Assembly (NCBI GenBank): GCA_951406725.2
Contig: OX597830.1
Location: 73,780,001 to 73,844,000 of the forward strand
DNA from: Octopus vulgaris
Taxonomy: Eukaryota
Reading direction: 5' to 3'
DNA length: 64,000 bases
Below the pieces are notes generated by a model that searched no databases, was not told the DNA's origin, and was given only the letters and a program-made list of their open reading frames with translations. The position numbers and the translations under genes are program-made. Positions 27,019-43,436 of the stretch are shown here, one piece after another. Each line of letters opens with the position of its first letter. The first letter of the stretch is position 1.

Positions 27019-27397
27019 CAGGGCCGGATTAAGAACCATAGAGGCCATAAGCAAATAAAAGACGTTGTTGTTGTCATATATTTGTGATTTAAAATATAAA
27101 CACTAATAAACCATTAAAAATTTTTATTTTTCATGATGTTTATTTTTTGTATACTTCCTTTTTATTCATAGATGAAATGTTCTCTACATTTTTTCTTTTT
27201 AAGTGATTGGTTTTGATCAGATCCTCACTACGACAATATGAACAGGCGAATCATATATCGCTTTGAAAATTATTTAACAAGCTGATTTAGCAAGTGATTT
27301 CTTTTATGCCGTAAACCATTTTCCATTTCTGTGGTGACCCCGCTTCCCTTGATGCCTAAGCACGTGCTTGTCTTGCTTAATGGTTAATCTAGCGCTA
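27019..27397. mobile_element. hAT-like non-autonomous element (MITE)
   Basis: Left end CAGGGCCGGATTAA; right end reverse complement (T)AGCGCTAGATTAAcc; subterminal taagca motifs; TSD unclear because flanks are CATA-like. Confidence 0.55.
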
Positions 27398-28007
27398 CAT
27401 ACATGCACACATACGGCTCTCATGGCTTCTGATCTTAACTGATTGGAAGTTCGAACCTGTACATCCTTTGTCTTGGTGTAAAAGATGGACTACAGTAAAA
27501 ATTCCTGTTCAGTACCACAGATTTGTTTATCAGATGCTTGGCCTTAACTCCTTGGACATGGCCCTTAGTGGTTGACTACATGTGCATCTATGATCATGAG
27601 CGGCAGTAGTGGGGGTGGATTATCGTTTTTAATTGGCAGTAAGCACAAAAGTGCCTCAAGTACTGAGAATTTTGCGCATGACATTTATCAAACTACCATT
27701 CACGAAACTCTCAGCCTCTCTGTCACTTTGTAAATTCGCCAATTAAAAATACTAAAATTCAATGTACATAAATAAATAAATTGAGTTCTATTTCTTCTGC
27801 TGCTCTGCTACATGTATGTATGTATGTATGTATGTATGTATGTATGTATGTATGTATGTATGTATGTATGCATGTACGTAAGTATGTAAGTAAGTATGCA
27901 TGTATGTGTGTATGTAGGAATGGTAGGATCGTTAACATACCGAAGAAAATACTTTGTGAACATTTCCCTCGGGTTTGCGTTCTGAATTAACATGCCGCCG
28001 AATACTA

Positions 28008-28256
28008 TTGGGTTGGTGCATAATCGTTGCGGCTTTTTTCAAAAACTTTTATTCAACAAAAAACAATAAAATATTTAACAAAAACATCCTTAAATGACGG
28101 TCTGCCGAGCAAATGGGAAGCAGTAATTGAAGTAGATGGTGAATATGCTCCGGAATAATCATTTAAATATGCTTTTTGTTACATGTTGTTATTGTTCTTT
28201 GTTGAATAAAATTTGTTCAAAAAAAAAAATGCCGCAATAATTATGCACCAACCTAA
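28008..28256 (+). mobile_element. Mariner-derived MITE with TA TSD
   Basis: TA-ttgggttggtgcataatcgttgcggc ... gccgcaataattatgcaccaacctaa-TA; inverted ends extend ~75 bp; internal LPSKWEAVIEVDGEY matches the mariner transposase C-terminus. Confidence 0.9.
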
Positions 28257-29191
28257 TACTTTGGGATCGATAAAATAAGTTCCAGTCCAGTTCTGCGGTC
28301 GATATCATCGATTAACCCTCTCATTGAAAACTTCATACCTTGTGCCTTTGGCAGACAGAAATATTTCCTCACTCATTAAATTCAAACTTCATTCCCCAAA
28401 CCTGGGGGCTCGACATTTTTTTTTGAAAGTTTATACAGATTTGTATTGGCGGATCGAGGACTAGGCTATTATTATTTTATAGTATGTGCGTTGGTGAGGG
28501 ATACGGTGTTGATTAATGAGACAATAAGGATGACTGTACGTGTTCATTCCACATGCTAGAAATAACAGCCAAATATCCGATAGTTCGCACCCTACACTCT
28601 TCAAACTTTTGCTCATATATACATATATATATAGACATTGATATATATGACCACAGGCGTACACACACAAGCATTCACGCGCGCAAACACTTATATATAC
28701 TCACGTACATTTATTAAAAGGAACATAGGTTCAAAGACCTTTACTTACAGAGACTCAAAGATAGTATACCAGTATGTACACATATATACCGTGGTATACA
28801 TACACACATATGTCACAGTCCCTATCTCCTATATTATAATTAGAAGACAGTTAAAGTTTAAATAATTTGCCAAAAGACAGAATTGCTTTTCCTTGCCCTC
28901 TATAGGGGAAGACGGCAATAAACGGGTCTTTTTAATCCTCAGACCGCTGCTTTGATCGTTGCGTTAAAGACACCCATAAAACGCTAGAGAGAGCAGCTTA
29001 ATTCACTATGAAGGGCGTATTTGAGGAAATGGACAATTTGGCAGGGGTCGCTTCAGTTACAGGTGTAATAAAACAATTATGTCTGACCTCACTCACAGCA
29101 TGTGTGTGTATACACACACACACACATACAAATACGTCTAGCTTTATCTAGTTATCTATTTACGCTACATATCTTCTATCTGTCTGTCTAC

Positions 29192-29287
<96 letters not shown>

Positions 29288-29517
29288 TCTCTTTCACCTT
29301 ATGGATGACCATAGATATATAATACATAAATATATGGCATACATTTATGTATTGTATATACACACACACACAAACACACACACACACACACACGTATATA
29401 TGTATATATCTATAATATATATATATATAAACACTAACACACACACACACACAGTCTCTCACTCTTCTGTCTGTTTCTATCTCTTTCTATCGCTCTCTCT
29501 ATTTCTATCTCTCTCTC

Positions 29518-29548
<31 letters not shown>

Positions 29549-29759
29549 ATACATGCATGCACGCACACATGTGTGTGGATATGTGCGTGTATGTGCGCGC
29601 GTTTAGCACACATACACATATACATACCCACTCACATACATGATATATTCTCTTACATGTTAAGTCAATTTAGGACTTATTGAGTACCAGCTCTAAGTGC
29701 CTTTAGCCGATCTTCTTGACTTCCACACCACCTTGCGTTTTGTTTCTTTTGAGGGTTTT

Positions 29760-30372
29760 TCTTTTACTTGTTTCAGTCATTTGACTGCGGCCATGCTGGA
29801 ACACCGCCTTTAGTAGAGCAAATCGACCCCGGGACTTATTTTTGTAAGCCTAGCACTTACTCGATGTTGGGGGAACAAACATAGATACACAACATATACG
29901 CACATATACTCATTCTTTTACTTTTGACTTGTTTCAGTCATTTGACTGCGGCCATGCTGGAGCACCGCCTTTAGTCGAGCAAATCGACCCCGGGACTTAT
30001 TCTTTGTAAGCCCAGTACTTATTCTATCGGTCTCTTTTGCCGAACCGCTAAGTGACGGGGACGTAAACACACCAGCATCTATATGTGTATATACATACGA
30101 CAGGCTTCTTTCAGTCTCTGTCTACCAAATCCACTCACAAGGCATTGGTCGGCCCGGGGCTATAGTAGAAGACACTTGCCCAAGATGCCATGTGGTTGGT
30201 TAGCAAGCAACTTACCACATAGCCACTCCTGCGCCTATATATATTTATATACATATATACATATGTTCTTTCAGTTTCCGTCTACCAAATCCACTCATAG
30301 CGCTTTGGTCGGCCCAGGCTATAGTAGAAGACACTTGCCCACGGTGCCACGCAGTGTGACTGAAACCGGAAC
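29760..30372 (-). mobile_element. Three adjacent SINE family A pieces (29760-29880, 29915-30235, 30265-30372)
   Basis: Direct homology to 42446-42854. Confidence 0.9.
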
Positions 30373-30961
30373 AAAACTGTCTGTGAAATGCGGTCGAACT
30401 TGAAAAGTTGTTGATATTTGAATGTTAATACTACATGTTCACACTATAGACTGCATCGATTTGTATGCTGGTAAATACGGTATTCCACTAACATTAATAT
30501 AGTTTTCTTAGCTAGGCATATCAAAAAAAATGTTTCCAAGGAAGATGTCTTGTTTAATTGATTGAAAACATCCAGTAATTTGACATTTTGTTGATTTTAT
30601 TGATGTCATCGAAACGATTAGAGAAGTTGTCAAATCTTATAATATAGTTCAATGCATGAAAAAATATAGATGAATTTGTTTGGAATTTATTTGATCATAA
30701 TTCTGCATAGTCAAGTCTTATAATGGGTACTGCACACAACGTTAGTGACAAAAGAAAAAAAAAGTACAAATTGTCGTAAATTTATTACATTTCGAAAGGA
30801 ATCAATACTATAAAATTTCGATTCTATTTTTCATATAATTTTGAGTTTGAAATTTAGCAAAACAAAATTAAAAATATAAAACTTGATGAAGAGAGTAAAG
30901 AATATAAAACCGTTGAACTGTAGACAAATGATGGGTGTTCCACCACTCATCTTTTCTTTCA

Positions 30962-31041
<80 letters not shown>

Positions 31042-31133
31042 TTATCTGATTGTCTCTGTCCTTGTCTGCCTATCTCTCTATTTTGGACTGAAATTTTGCT
31101 ACTGAGGCAAAGAGAAAGAGAGAGAGAAAGAGT

Positions 31134-31167
<34 letters not shown>

Positions 31168-31299
31168 GACAGAGACAGACAGACAGTCAGACAGACTGAC
31201 AGACAGACAGTCAGACAGACTGACAGACAGACAGAGAAAGCCAGTGACAGCAAATGTCTTCTCAAAACATTCCTTCAGTAATCTGTAGATATTAATATA

Positions 31300-31495
31300 A
31301 TGTGGTGATCTTGCAGAATCATTAGCACACCGGGCATGATGCTTAGCAACATTTTGTCCGTCTCTGCGTTCCAAGTTCGAATTCCGCTGAGATCGACTTT
31401 GCCTTTAATCGGTTTAGGGAGGTCGATAAAATGAATACCAGTTATTTACCGCTTCCCCACGAAATTACTGGCCTTGTGCCAAAGTTTGAAACCAT
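31300..31495 (+). mobile_element. SINE family B
   Basis: cttgcagaatcattagcacaccggg...aagttcgaattccgctgagatcgactttgcc. Confidence 0.8.
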
Positions 31496-32237
31496 TGTGT
31501 GGTTTTTAATAACCTGATGGTTAACTGAATTATTGGAGTATTGTACAAATTAATTTTTAGGCAGTGTTTATTCAGGTTCGTTCTTTATGGTATGAGTTCC
31601 TAGTGAAGTGTAACGCCGCTCTCTGGGCTTCATTTGTCTGTCTCTCTCTTTTAGTGACCATTCCGTGATAGCACTCCAGGTTTTACTAGAAGACATCTGT
31701 TATTTGTCAAAGCGAAGGCAAAAGCATGAAGAATCAATAATAAATTAATAATATGTTTACAATAGATTTGAAATTTTTGCGATATCATCAAACTGGCCAA
31801 ACGGGATTCAAAATGTCAGCGATGTTTTTTATCTTCATTAATTTAAATTCAATTATTTCTATTGTTGTTATTTTAGAAGATTTATACAACGCTGGTATCG
31901 ATATCTGTCAAGAAAGTTGATTGGAATCAACATAAATCGTCCAAATAATTTACCGGTCGAGTACAAATATGTAAACCTTGTATCGATGAAGTGAAACACA
32001 TATGAGTTATAATTAACAATAATGAGCCCCAACCCCACCATCCAGACACACACTCAGTTGATTTCGATTATAAACAGCCGAATTGACCAACGGAATGGCT
32101 TACTCTTTGAGGTAGTGTCTATATGGCTAGAAGCGGGTGAATACTCTATAGGCACGAGTATCTTTTGTGTAATTTCCAGGAAAAACCAGCGTGGTACAAT
32201 GTGTTGAGCCCGGTAGTAGTTTAAGTTGCAATTGTAG

Positions 32238-32582
32238 AATGAAATGCTTAGCGGTAATTTGTCTGCCGTTACGTTCTAAGTTCAAATCCCTCCGAGGTCG
32301 ACTTTGTCTTTTATCCTTTCGGGGTCGATTAAATAAGTACCAGTTACGCACTGGAGTCGATATAATCGACTTAATCCGTTTGTCTGTCCTTGTTTGTCCT
32401 CTCTGTGTTTAGCTCCTTGTGGGTAGTAAAGAAATAGGTATTTCGTCTGCCGTTACGTTCTGAGTTCATATTCCGCCGGGGTCGATTAAATAAGTACCAG
32501 TTACGCACTGGGATCGATGTAATCGACCTAATCCCTTTGTTTGTCCCCTCTATGTTTTACCCCCTGTGGGCAATAAAGGCAA
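32238..32582 (+). mobile_element. Two tandem SINE family B units
   Basis: ggggtcgattaaataagtaccagttacgcactgg occurs twice. Confidence 0.9.
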
Positions 32583-32978
32583 TTACCTTCTTCGAATTAC
32601 TCTTATAAGGTTTGGTCAAATATCAGGTCAGGATAAGAAACTTTTCCTCGACGAATACACACACACACACACACACACACTCACACACACACATACATAT
32701 ATATATACATGTATAATATAAAGAATATATCTATCTATCGATCGGGCTTTCTCAATCGCTCTCTCTCTCTCTCTCTCTGTATATATATAATGTGCTTATA
32801 TGTAAAATATATACACACAGTATAAGGAAAATTATGTAATGATCATTTGTGATACCTTCTCAAACGTGTGTGTATATACATACATATATAATACATATCA
32901 TGTGTGTATACACATATATGTATATATGTATATAAATATATATATATATATATATATACATATATATAGGTGAGTGCA

Positions 32979-33017
<39 letters not shown>

Positions 33018-33074
33018 TATTATATATATATATATACACACATAAATATACATATATATATACCAACATATATG

Positions 33075-33105
<31 letters not shown>

Positions 33106-33150
33106 TATATACATATATACATATATGTGTATACATATGATATATATATA

Positions 33151-33201
<51 letters not shown>

Positions 33202-33856
33202 TTATGCTGCTATGTCATATATTTTTTCCTCTTCTGGCAAAACTTCAACATAAAAGAACGAATGCCAGTGGCAGTGATCCTGTTCATGGTGATCGCGGAG
33301 ATAATAAGTGGTGGTGGTGGCGGTGGTGGTGGTGGTGAAGTCAGCAGCAGCGGCAGCGGCGACGGCTGCGATAGTGGTTCTGCTGTTGTCGTGTGGTGAC
33401 GGTGGCGATGGTAGGGCGAGAGTTATTTCTGAAGAAGGTGGTGGGTGATGTAGCGGTTTCAAGGGGGGCAGTGACAATGGCGAATGCGTCGGGAATGGTT
33501 GACAGTGTTTCTTTTTGTTTTTTTATTATCATTATTATTATTATTATTATTATTATCGGTAGTTCTCTTGGAGGGAAAGATAATTGTTGCCATAAGTTAT
33601 TCTAACTTTGCCCATTATTCTATATACGCGGAAACTCTGGGATATCTCATCATTACTAAGCAGCAGGAAGTGCAGCTGCAACAGCCAAGGTTGCTAGCTT
33701 CCGATGCTGCTACTGTTGCACCACTCTAACTTTGCATCGTCCATATAACAGATAACAATATTGCTGCTGTCGATGCTGTTGCTGATGGTATTACAGAATG
33801 ATGGCAAGGTATTTGGAAAAATCATATACTGACATATATATTTATATGTATATATG

Positions 33857-33892
<36 letters not shown>

Positions 33893-33954
33893 CGTCTGTG
33901 TCTCTGTGTATATATATATATACATATATACAAATCTATATATGTATATATATG

Positions 33955-34011
<57 letters not shown>

Positions 34012-34027
34012 CTGTGTCTCTGTGTAA

Positions 34028-34061
<34 letters not shown>

Positions 34062-34117
34062 GATTGATATACAAATACATGCATGTACGGAAGTATATGT
34101 ACATACATACATTTATG

Positions 34118-34174
<57 letters not shown>

Positions 34175-34226
34175 GCATAGCGATAGATGCATGCATTCAT
34201 ACATACAGGTATAGACACACACACAC

Positions 34227-34257
<31 letters not shown>

Positions 34258-34435
34258 CATGCATGTATGTATATATTGTATATATGTGTGTATATTCCTG
34301 TGTGCAGAATGTAATATGAATGCCATTGTCCGTATGTATTCACGTGTTTGTGTCTATGTTGATATAGTGCGTTTGTGTATATTGAATAAGAATATTTCCT
34401 TCACTGTTTGAAATAATTATTACATTTCAATGCTT

Positions 34436-34502
<67 letters not shown>

Positions 34503-34560
34503 TTATATATACATATATACATATTTATACTTATATATATACACATACATCCATATACAC

Positions 34561-34614
<54 letters not shown>

Positions 34615-35900
34615 CTTATTTTGATGATGATATATATATATATTCATATATTCACACATGTTTATTGATTGAACTTTTGTTCTGTTTCATAATTTTTTTT
34701 GACGTGGATGGGTTGGGAATGTTGTATAATTTTGCTCTGTTTTGATTTTTGTTCGATTGTTTTGATTTTGTATTTGAAAACAGAAAATCAAAATTTATAT
34801 TGCGTGTTCTTTGGTTATACAAATTTGTAAACGTTATTATATATAATATGAGCAGTTTCTTATGTAAACATAATGCACATGCACACATACACACACGCAC
34901 ATGTACACACACATTCATACACACACACACACGCACTCACAATCCAGCGCATGCATACACCATGAAGAATACATGTTTATACATGTTTACATAGATCACA
35001 AGTATATGAAAACATACTTTAACTCACGCATATGCGAGCAAACGCGTACCACACGCTCATATAAACCGACACATAACATGAACAAATAAATGCATAAACA
35101 CATACATACAATACACATATTCATATACACACAAGCGAACTTAGTAACCTCGATGCAGTCTCATCTTCTCATGCTAAATATAACTGCGAACTTGCTTTTA
35201 AAATACATCCCAAAATCACATACGAGAAAAGTTACAATAGAAAATGTTTTCTTTATATCATCATAAATATACTTCGTTGTCACGACTGGAATGCGTTTGA
35301 TGATAGGTATGCTCACGCAGGTTTGACCCAGGGTTAAACTATGGCAACAACAAAGGAACAGAAATTGTAGAATAACACAGTGAATGTTCGGCAGCATTTC
35401 GCGATTTTTGTTTTCTTCTGAGTGCAAATCCCATCGAGATTAAACCCTAGCATCAGAAGATTAGGATCCAGTTCAGCATAGAAATAGGTTTTTATCTGTT
35501 GTGTTTCTTAAAGTCTCAGCCCAAAAGGTATGGCCTCAAGATCCATGGTTACTTTCAAGAAGGCCAGTTGATAACCGATGTTGCTATGCTTATGTTCCCG
35601 TAACTTAGCGCTTCGGCAAAAGAAACCGATAGAATAAGTAATAGGCTTACAAAGAATAAATCCTCGGTTCGATTTGTTTGACTAAAGGTGGTGCCCCAGC
35701 ACGACTGAAAAAAGTAACAGAATACAAGAAACATCATCATCTTCATCACCATCATCAATTTCTACGTCTGTCTTTTCATTCTTGCAGACGTTGGGCCAGT
35801 TCCTTTCCAGTAGAGCGCATGGCCTATTTGCAACCTTTTATGATGATCATCTCTTTTTATGACGTTCAACATCTTGAGATCAGACTTTACCATTTCTCGC

Positions 35901-35941
<41 letters not shown>

Positions 35942-36193
35942 CTTTTTCTCCATCCTTTTCCTCGCTTTCCTTCCATTCTTTACTTTTCTGCTAACCTCTA
36001 TATATATTATATGACCACAACGAAGAAGTTTTTCTTCTTTCACGCTAAAAACGACATTTATAGAGCAGACGTAATCATGCTTGAATACATTATTATGCAC
36101 GCTCATACGTACACGACAAACAGACACACAAACATATTTACATATGCGTAGATATGTGCGTAAATGTATACATATGCACATATATATATATAT

Positions 36194-36239
<46 letters not shown>

Positions 36240-36241
36240 TG

Positions 36242-36325
<84 letters not shown>

Positions 36326-36408
36326 TGTGTGTGTGTGTGTGTGTGTGTGTGTATCTATATCTGTATCTATATCTATATCTATCTATCTATCTATCTGTCT
36401 GCCAGTCT

Positions 36409-36666
36409 AACGTGGAAGTCGCCGAGCACTCCATAGACACATGAAACCATAACACAGTTCTCGGGGAGATGCAGCGTGACACAGAGTGTGACAAGGCCGG
36501 GGCTTTGAAATACAGGTACGACAGAAACAGGAAGAAAGAGTGAGTGAAAGTTGTGGTGTAAGAATACTGCAAGGTTCGCCATCACCCCTGCTGGAGCCCG
36601 GTCTGTGAATCGAAACCGCGATCCTACTACCGCTGCTCTCTAACCACTGAGCCATTGTGCCTCCAC
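36409..36666 (-). mobile_element. SINE family C, internally deleted
   Basis: Head ggaggcacaatggctcagtggttagag on the minus strand; body matches 62805-63194. Confidence 0.85.
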
Positions 36667-36689
36667 GACGACAATGAACAATATATTCA

Positions 36690-36762
<73 letters not shown>

Positions 36763-36767
36763 CATAC

Positions 36768-36898
<131 letters not shown>

Positions 36899-36918
36899 TA
36901 TATATATAATATATATAT

Positions 36919-36980
<62 letters not shown>

Positions 36981-36982
<2 letters not shown>

Positions 36983-37315
36983 CCAACCACACGGTTGCGG
37001 GTTCAGTCCCACTGCGTGGCATCTTGGGCAAGTGTCTTCTGCTATAGCCCCGGGCCGACCAATGCCTTGTGAGTGGATTTGGTAGACGGAAACTGAAAGA
37101 AGCCTGTCGTATATATGTATATATATATGTATATCTGTGTGTGTTTGTGTGTCTGTGTTTGTCCCCTAGCATTGCTTGACAACCGATGCTGGTGTGTTTA
37201 GGTCCCCGTCACTTAGCGGTTCGGCAAAAAGAGACCGATAGAATAAGTACTAAAAGGTGGTGCTCCAGCATGGCCGCAGTCAAAATGACTGAAACAAGTA
37301 AAAGAGTAAAGAGTA
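36981..37315 (+). mobile_element. SINE family A
   Basis: Direct homology; ends in (gtaaaaga)n tail. Confidence 0.9.
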
Positions 37316-37599
37316 ATATATATATACATACACATATATACATAAGCATGTACGTTTGTGTATGACGTCTAAAAGATGAAAAAAATGTAAGTTTCCCCAT
37401 TCACTGCTTATGAATATGGTGAATAGAGGATAGAGAAACTCAGAACAGGCGGATTAAAAACATTTTTCATATGATAAATATTCTCTATACTCCACTGTTA
37501 ATACACCAATTAATATTTGTTTTATATAACATATATGTGGTACATGTTATACTACATTTATACTTGGCAATATATATGTATATCTCTTCTATATTTTAG

Positions 37600-37862
37600 T
37601 TATTATTATAGAGCTTCCACTGGGGAGGGAGCTGGTTTCCAACAAAGATACAAGGCTCCGTCTTTGGGATGTAGATAACACAGACTAATTTACATTTGGA
37701 ACTTGAGAAATGTCTTGCATATTTTTACTGCTTCACTTGTAATGTACGAATCAAGCGGTGAATTTCTCTTTCTGAAAATCCCAGTTTATCCAGATTCTCC
37801 TTTAAGCATTTACTAACAAAACCTAGTGTTCCAATTATTATTGGTATGAATATGAATTCGTA
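37600..37862 (-). mobile_element. REL-endonuclease-type LINE C-terminal remnant
   Basis: Minus strand YEFIFIPIIIGTLGFVSKCLKENLDKLGFSEREIHRLIRTLQV/EAVKICKTFLKFQM*; PIIIG.LG motif; CATA-like repeat at the 5' junction. Confidence 0.7.
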
Positions 37863-38676
37863 GTTTGTCTGTTTGTATGTATGTATCTTGTGAACTCCAT
37901 TAGCTTACAGCTGTTTCCATCTATAAGATGTGGTGAATAAATATTTGAGCGCCCGAGTAACACCTAATGAATCTGTAAGGTTTTACTCAGGCTTCCATCA
38001 CGCCTTATAAGGGAAACATCTGTAAGCTAATAAAGTTCATAGGTTTATTCTTTTGTCTTCCCTTTTCTTAGTACCGCACTGTACTCGAGGAACGCGTCAT
38101 TCAAAGACACGTTATACTAAGTTCTACACCAGGTTATTACTATCGCAAAGGTTAAGAGAAATATGTACTATTACACACAAACACACACAAACAAACAAAC
38201 ACAGGGAAAGAGAGAGAGTGGGGGAGAAAGAGACAGAAGACAGATAGATAGATTGTGGAATAGACAGATAGACAGATATACATATACTTACACAAATATA
38301 TGCATAACATACTTGCCTACGTGTGTCGGTGTGTGTATGTGGTTAAACATCTCTAAGAGGCTCTAGACGCACAAAACACGTGCAGAAAATACTATGCGTA
38401 ACGAAAAGTAAACACAAAAGATGTAAAAACGACATAAAAGTCAAGAAAATAAATAGATAAAACAAAAGACAACGAAAACACGAAACCAAAAAACTGTAAT
38501 ATTCAAATCTCCTGAACCAAACAATAAACGAGAGACGCTTGCCAATAAGCGGCTATCAAAACATCATATAGTCATTAGGGCATATATTATGATGTTGATG
38601 ATGATGTTGATGATGATGATGATGGTGGTGATGGTGGTTGTGATGATGTTAGTGAGGATGATGATGATTATTATTA

Positions 38677-38764
<88 letters not shown>

Positions 38765-38949
38765 TATCAGCATGAGGAGTGGCAGGGAAAGAATTTCTTT
38801 TATTAGCCACAGGGGTCTGTGGGAATAATGAGAAGGAATAATGAGGAGAATACTTGTAACAATGAAAAATATATTAAATGATAATAAAAATGTTCATGAA
38901 TTAATATCATTAATTTTTTATAACAAACGACTAATAATTTTTTTTATTT

Positions 38950-39152
38950 TGGCACTATGCCAGCAATTTCAGGGTTGGTGGGTAAGTCCATTACATCGAC
39001 CCCTTTGCTCAACTGGTACTTATTTTTATTGACCCCGAAGGGATGAAAATCAAGGTTGACCTCGGCGAAATTTGAACTTAGAACGAAAAGATGGACGAAA
39101 TGCCACTCAGTATTTTGCCCCGTGTGCTAACGATTCTGCCTGCTCGCTGCCT
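38950..39152 (-). mobile_element. SINE family B
   Basis: gaccccgaagggatgaaaatcaaggttgacctcggcgaaatttgaac...gctaacgattctgcc. Confidence 0.8.
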
Positions 39153-39202
39153 AATAAACGACTAATAATAATAGTAATTTCTTTATAATAATGCTTTTTA
39201 TG

Positions 39203-39563
39203 TTAGTTAGTTAGTTAGTTTGTTAGTTAGTTAATTCTTTGGCTCAAAAAGCAAAAAGCAAGTCCATGTAGGGGTACATGGATTTATGTACAGGTTGGTG
39301 TTCAGGTAAAGAGTTCAGGCCACTTGTGGTCAAGGGAGACTTTGAACCGAGCGGTCGTCGGCAGCTTATTCCACGGATCCGCAACCCGGACGGAGAAAGC
39401 CCCTCCCCTTCGATTGAGATGAAATCGTCGCAGATAGAGCTTTTCGGAATGACCCCGCAGCCGACGCTCTGGAGCAGGAGTGAAGAACAGCTCTTTCGAG
39501 AGGTTACACTTTCGGCTTATGATGTTGTGAGCAAGAATGAGATCACCACGGCGTCGTCGTTTA
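39203..39563 (-). mobile_element. CR1-clade LINE 3' end with (TAAC)n tail
   Basis: Minus strand KRRRRGDLILAHNII...LFF...RRLRGHSEKL...FSVRVADPWNKLP...FKVSLD, the characteristic CR1 ORF2 C-terminus; tail is (gtta)n on the plus strand. Confidence 0.9.
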
Positions 39564-40029
39564 TGTTTATTAAATAACGATTGAAATAATTCTTTCTCTT
39601 AGAAGCACAAGGCTGAAATGTTTTTGGTGGGGTGGTGAGGACACAAGTTGATTACATCGACACCATACTGGTACTTCTTTTATCGACCCCAGAAACATGA
39701 AGGGCAAACGTTACCTCGATAGCGTTTCAGCTCAGAATCTTAAGGTAGCAAGAAATGTCGCAAACCATTTTGTCCAGCGTTCTAACTATTCTGCCTGGAT
39801 CACCACCTTTATAATACTTAGAATAATTTTTCAAATCTATAGGATTGAAAATACAAAACTGAATATGTTATTTTACTGTATATCTTTTTACATTTTTTCA
39901 ATAGATTGTAGAAAGAAAAAAAATTAATTTTTAAAATATCGCTATTTTACAAAAACATTAAAACTACCTTACGAAACATTAAAAGTAACAATAATGATTG
40001 TTTTGGATTTTTTTTTTTTTAATGTAGCA

Positions 40030-40133
40030 TGCCCGTGTAGTAAAGAAGCACTCTTAGTAAACATATAGTTTCTAGTTCAATCCCACTGCCCGATAGCTTG
40101 TAAATTGTCTATTACAATATATATATTGTAATA

Positions 40134-40185
<52 letters not shown>

Positions 40186-40518
40186 ACGGGCTTTTTTCAG
40201 TTACCTTCTACCAAATGCATTCACAAGGCTTTGGTCGGCCCGAGGCTATAGTAGGAGACACTTGCCCAAGGTGCCACGCAGTAGGACTGAACCCGGAACC
40301 ATGTGGTTGGTAAGCAAGTTACTTACCACACAGCCACTCCTAAGCCTACCCCGTAAATTAGCGGTTCGGCAAAGATACAGACCCTCAGTATTTGACTGGT
40401 ACCTATTTTCTCGACCCCGAAAGGATGAATGGTAAGGCCGACCTCGGCAGAATTTTTAAGTATGAACGGAACGTAACGACGGACAAAATGCCGATAAGGA
40501 TCCTACCAGCTTGCCGCA
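40030..40518. mobile_element. SINE mosaic: family A 5' piece (+), palindrome, family A 5' half (-), family B piece (-)
   Basis: Homology to window consensus sequences; 32-bp perfect palindrome at 40106-40137. Confidence 0.75.
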
Positions 40519-40564
40519 TATTATATGTATTAGGAATTAAACAAAAAGCAAAAGCAAAAGCAAA

Positions 40565-42003
<1,439 letters not shown>

Positions 42004-42369
42004 TTCATTTATTTGTCACCAGGGCGAAGGATGAGGGGTGCAATACAAAGACAGACATAAAGAGTCGGGATTTCTATATTAGGAAATCATTTCAAAAGAA
42101 GTTCATCCTACGTTAACTTTCATCTTTATAAGCTTAAATACCTATTTTTATATATGTATGAATATATGTAAGTATGTGTGTACGCATATATACATATTGG
42201 GGCTGTATGAACATATGAACATTTATCAAGTTTTGGCTGCTATTTCCAGCATGGAGGCATCTCTTAGATACCCTAAATTATAATTTTGATAATAATTATT
42301 ACCTTTGAAGGTCTTTATTCTCATACTGGCTACTTGATAAGATCGATAATTAAATTAACGATCTTATCC

Positions 42370-42436
<67 letters not shown>

Positions 42437-42445
42437 TGTGTATAT

Positions 42446-42852
42446 ACTCTTTTACTCTTTTACTCTTTTACTTGTTTCAGTCATTTGACTGCGGCCATGC
42501 TGGAGCACCGCCTTTAGTCGAACAAATCGACCCGGGACTTATTCTATTTTGTAAGCCCAGTACTTATTCTGTCGGTCTCTTTTGCCGAACCGCTAAGTGA
42601 CGGGGACGTAAACACACCAGCATCGGTTGTCAAGCAATGCTAGGGATCAAACACAAACACACACACATACACATATATATATACATATATACGACAGGCT
42701 TCTTTCAGTTTCCATCTACCAAATCCACTCACAAGGCATTGGTCGGCCCGGGGCTATAGCAGAAGACACTTGCCCAAGATGCCACGAGGTGGGACTGAGC
42801 CCGGAACCATGTGGTTGGTTAGCAGGCTACTTACCACACAGCTACTCCTGCG

Positions 42853-42854
<2 letters not shown>
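42446..42854 (-). mobile_element. SINE family A, full length
   Basis: Head ggcgcaggagtagctgtgtgg (A-box), gggctcagtccc (B-box), internal microsatellite, (gtaaaaga)n tail. Confidence 0.95.
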
Positions 42855-42917
<63 letters not shown>

Positions 42918-43314
42918 ATATGGATATACTAATATGTATGTGTGTATATGTAGACACACACACACACACACTAACACACATACATACATACGCATATATC
43001 ATGCTGAGCCCTGAAATTCAATTACAGACTTTATGACACACCTGAGATATCCAATCTCTAGTGTCATATACATATACACTAAGGCTTAAACAGGTATACA
43101 TGCACACATACAAAAGAAGTTCTATAGCACGTATAATATATATACAAGCACCTCACACCGGCACACACATATTTACATACGATCTCACATGCATATTTAC
43201 TTCGCGAAAATCAAGACAAAGGCTACGCTACATTTGAAGGAATAATAAACAAATATACATGAAAGGAATGCTTCAGCGGATATATATATCCACTCTTCCA
43301 AACAATGGACGTTC

Positions 43315-43436
<122 letters not shown>

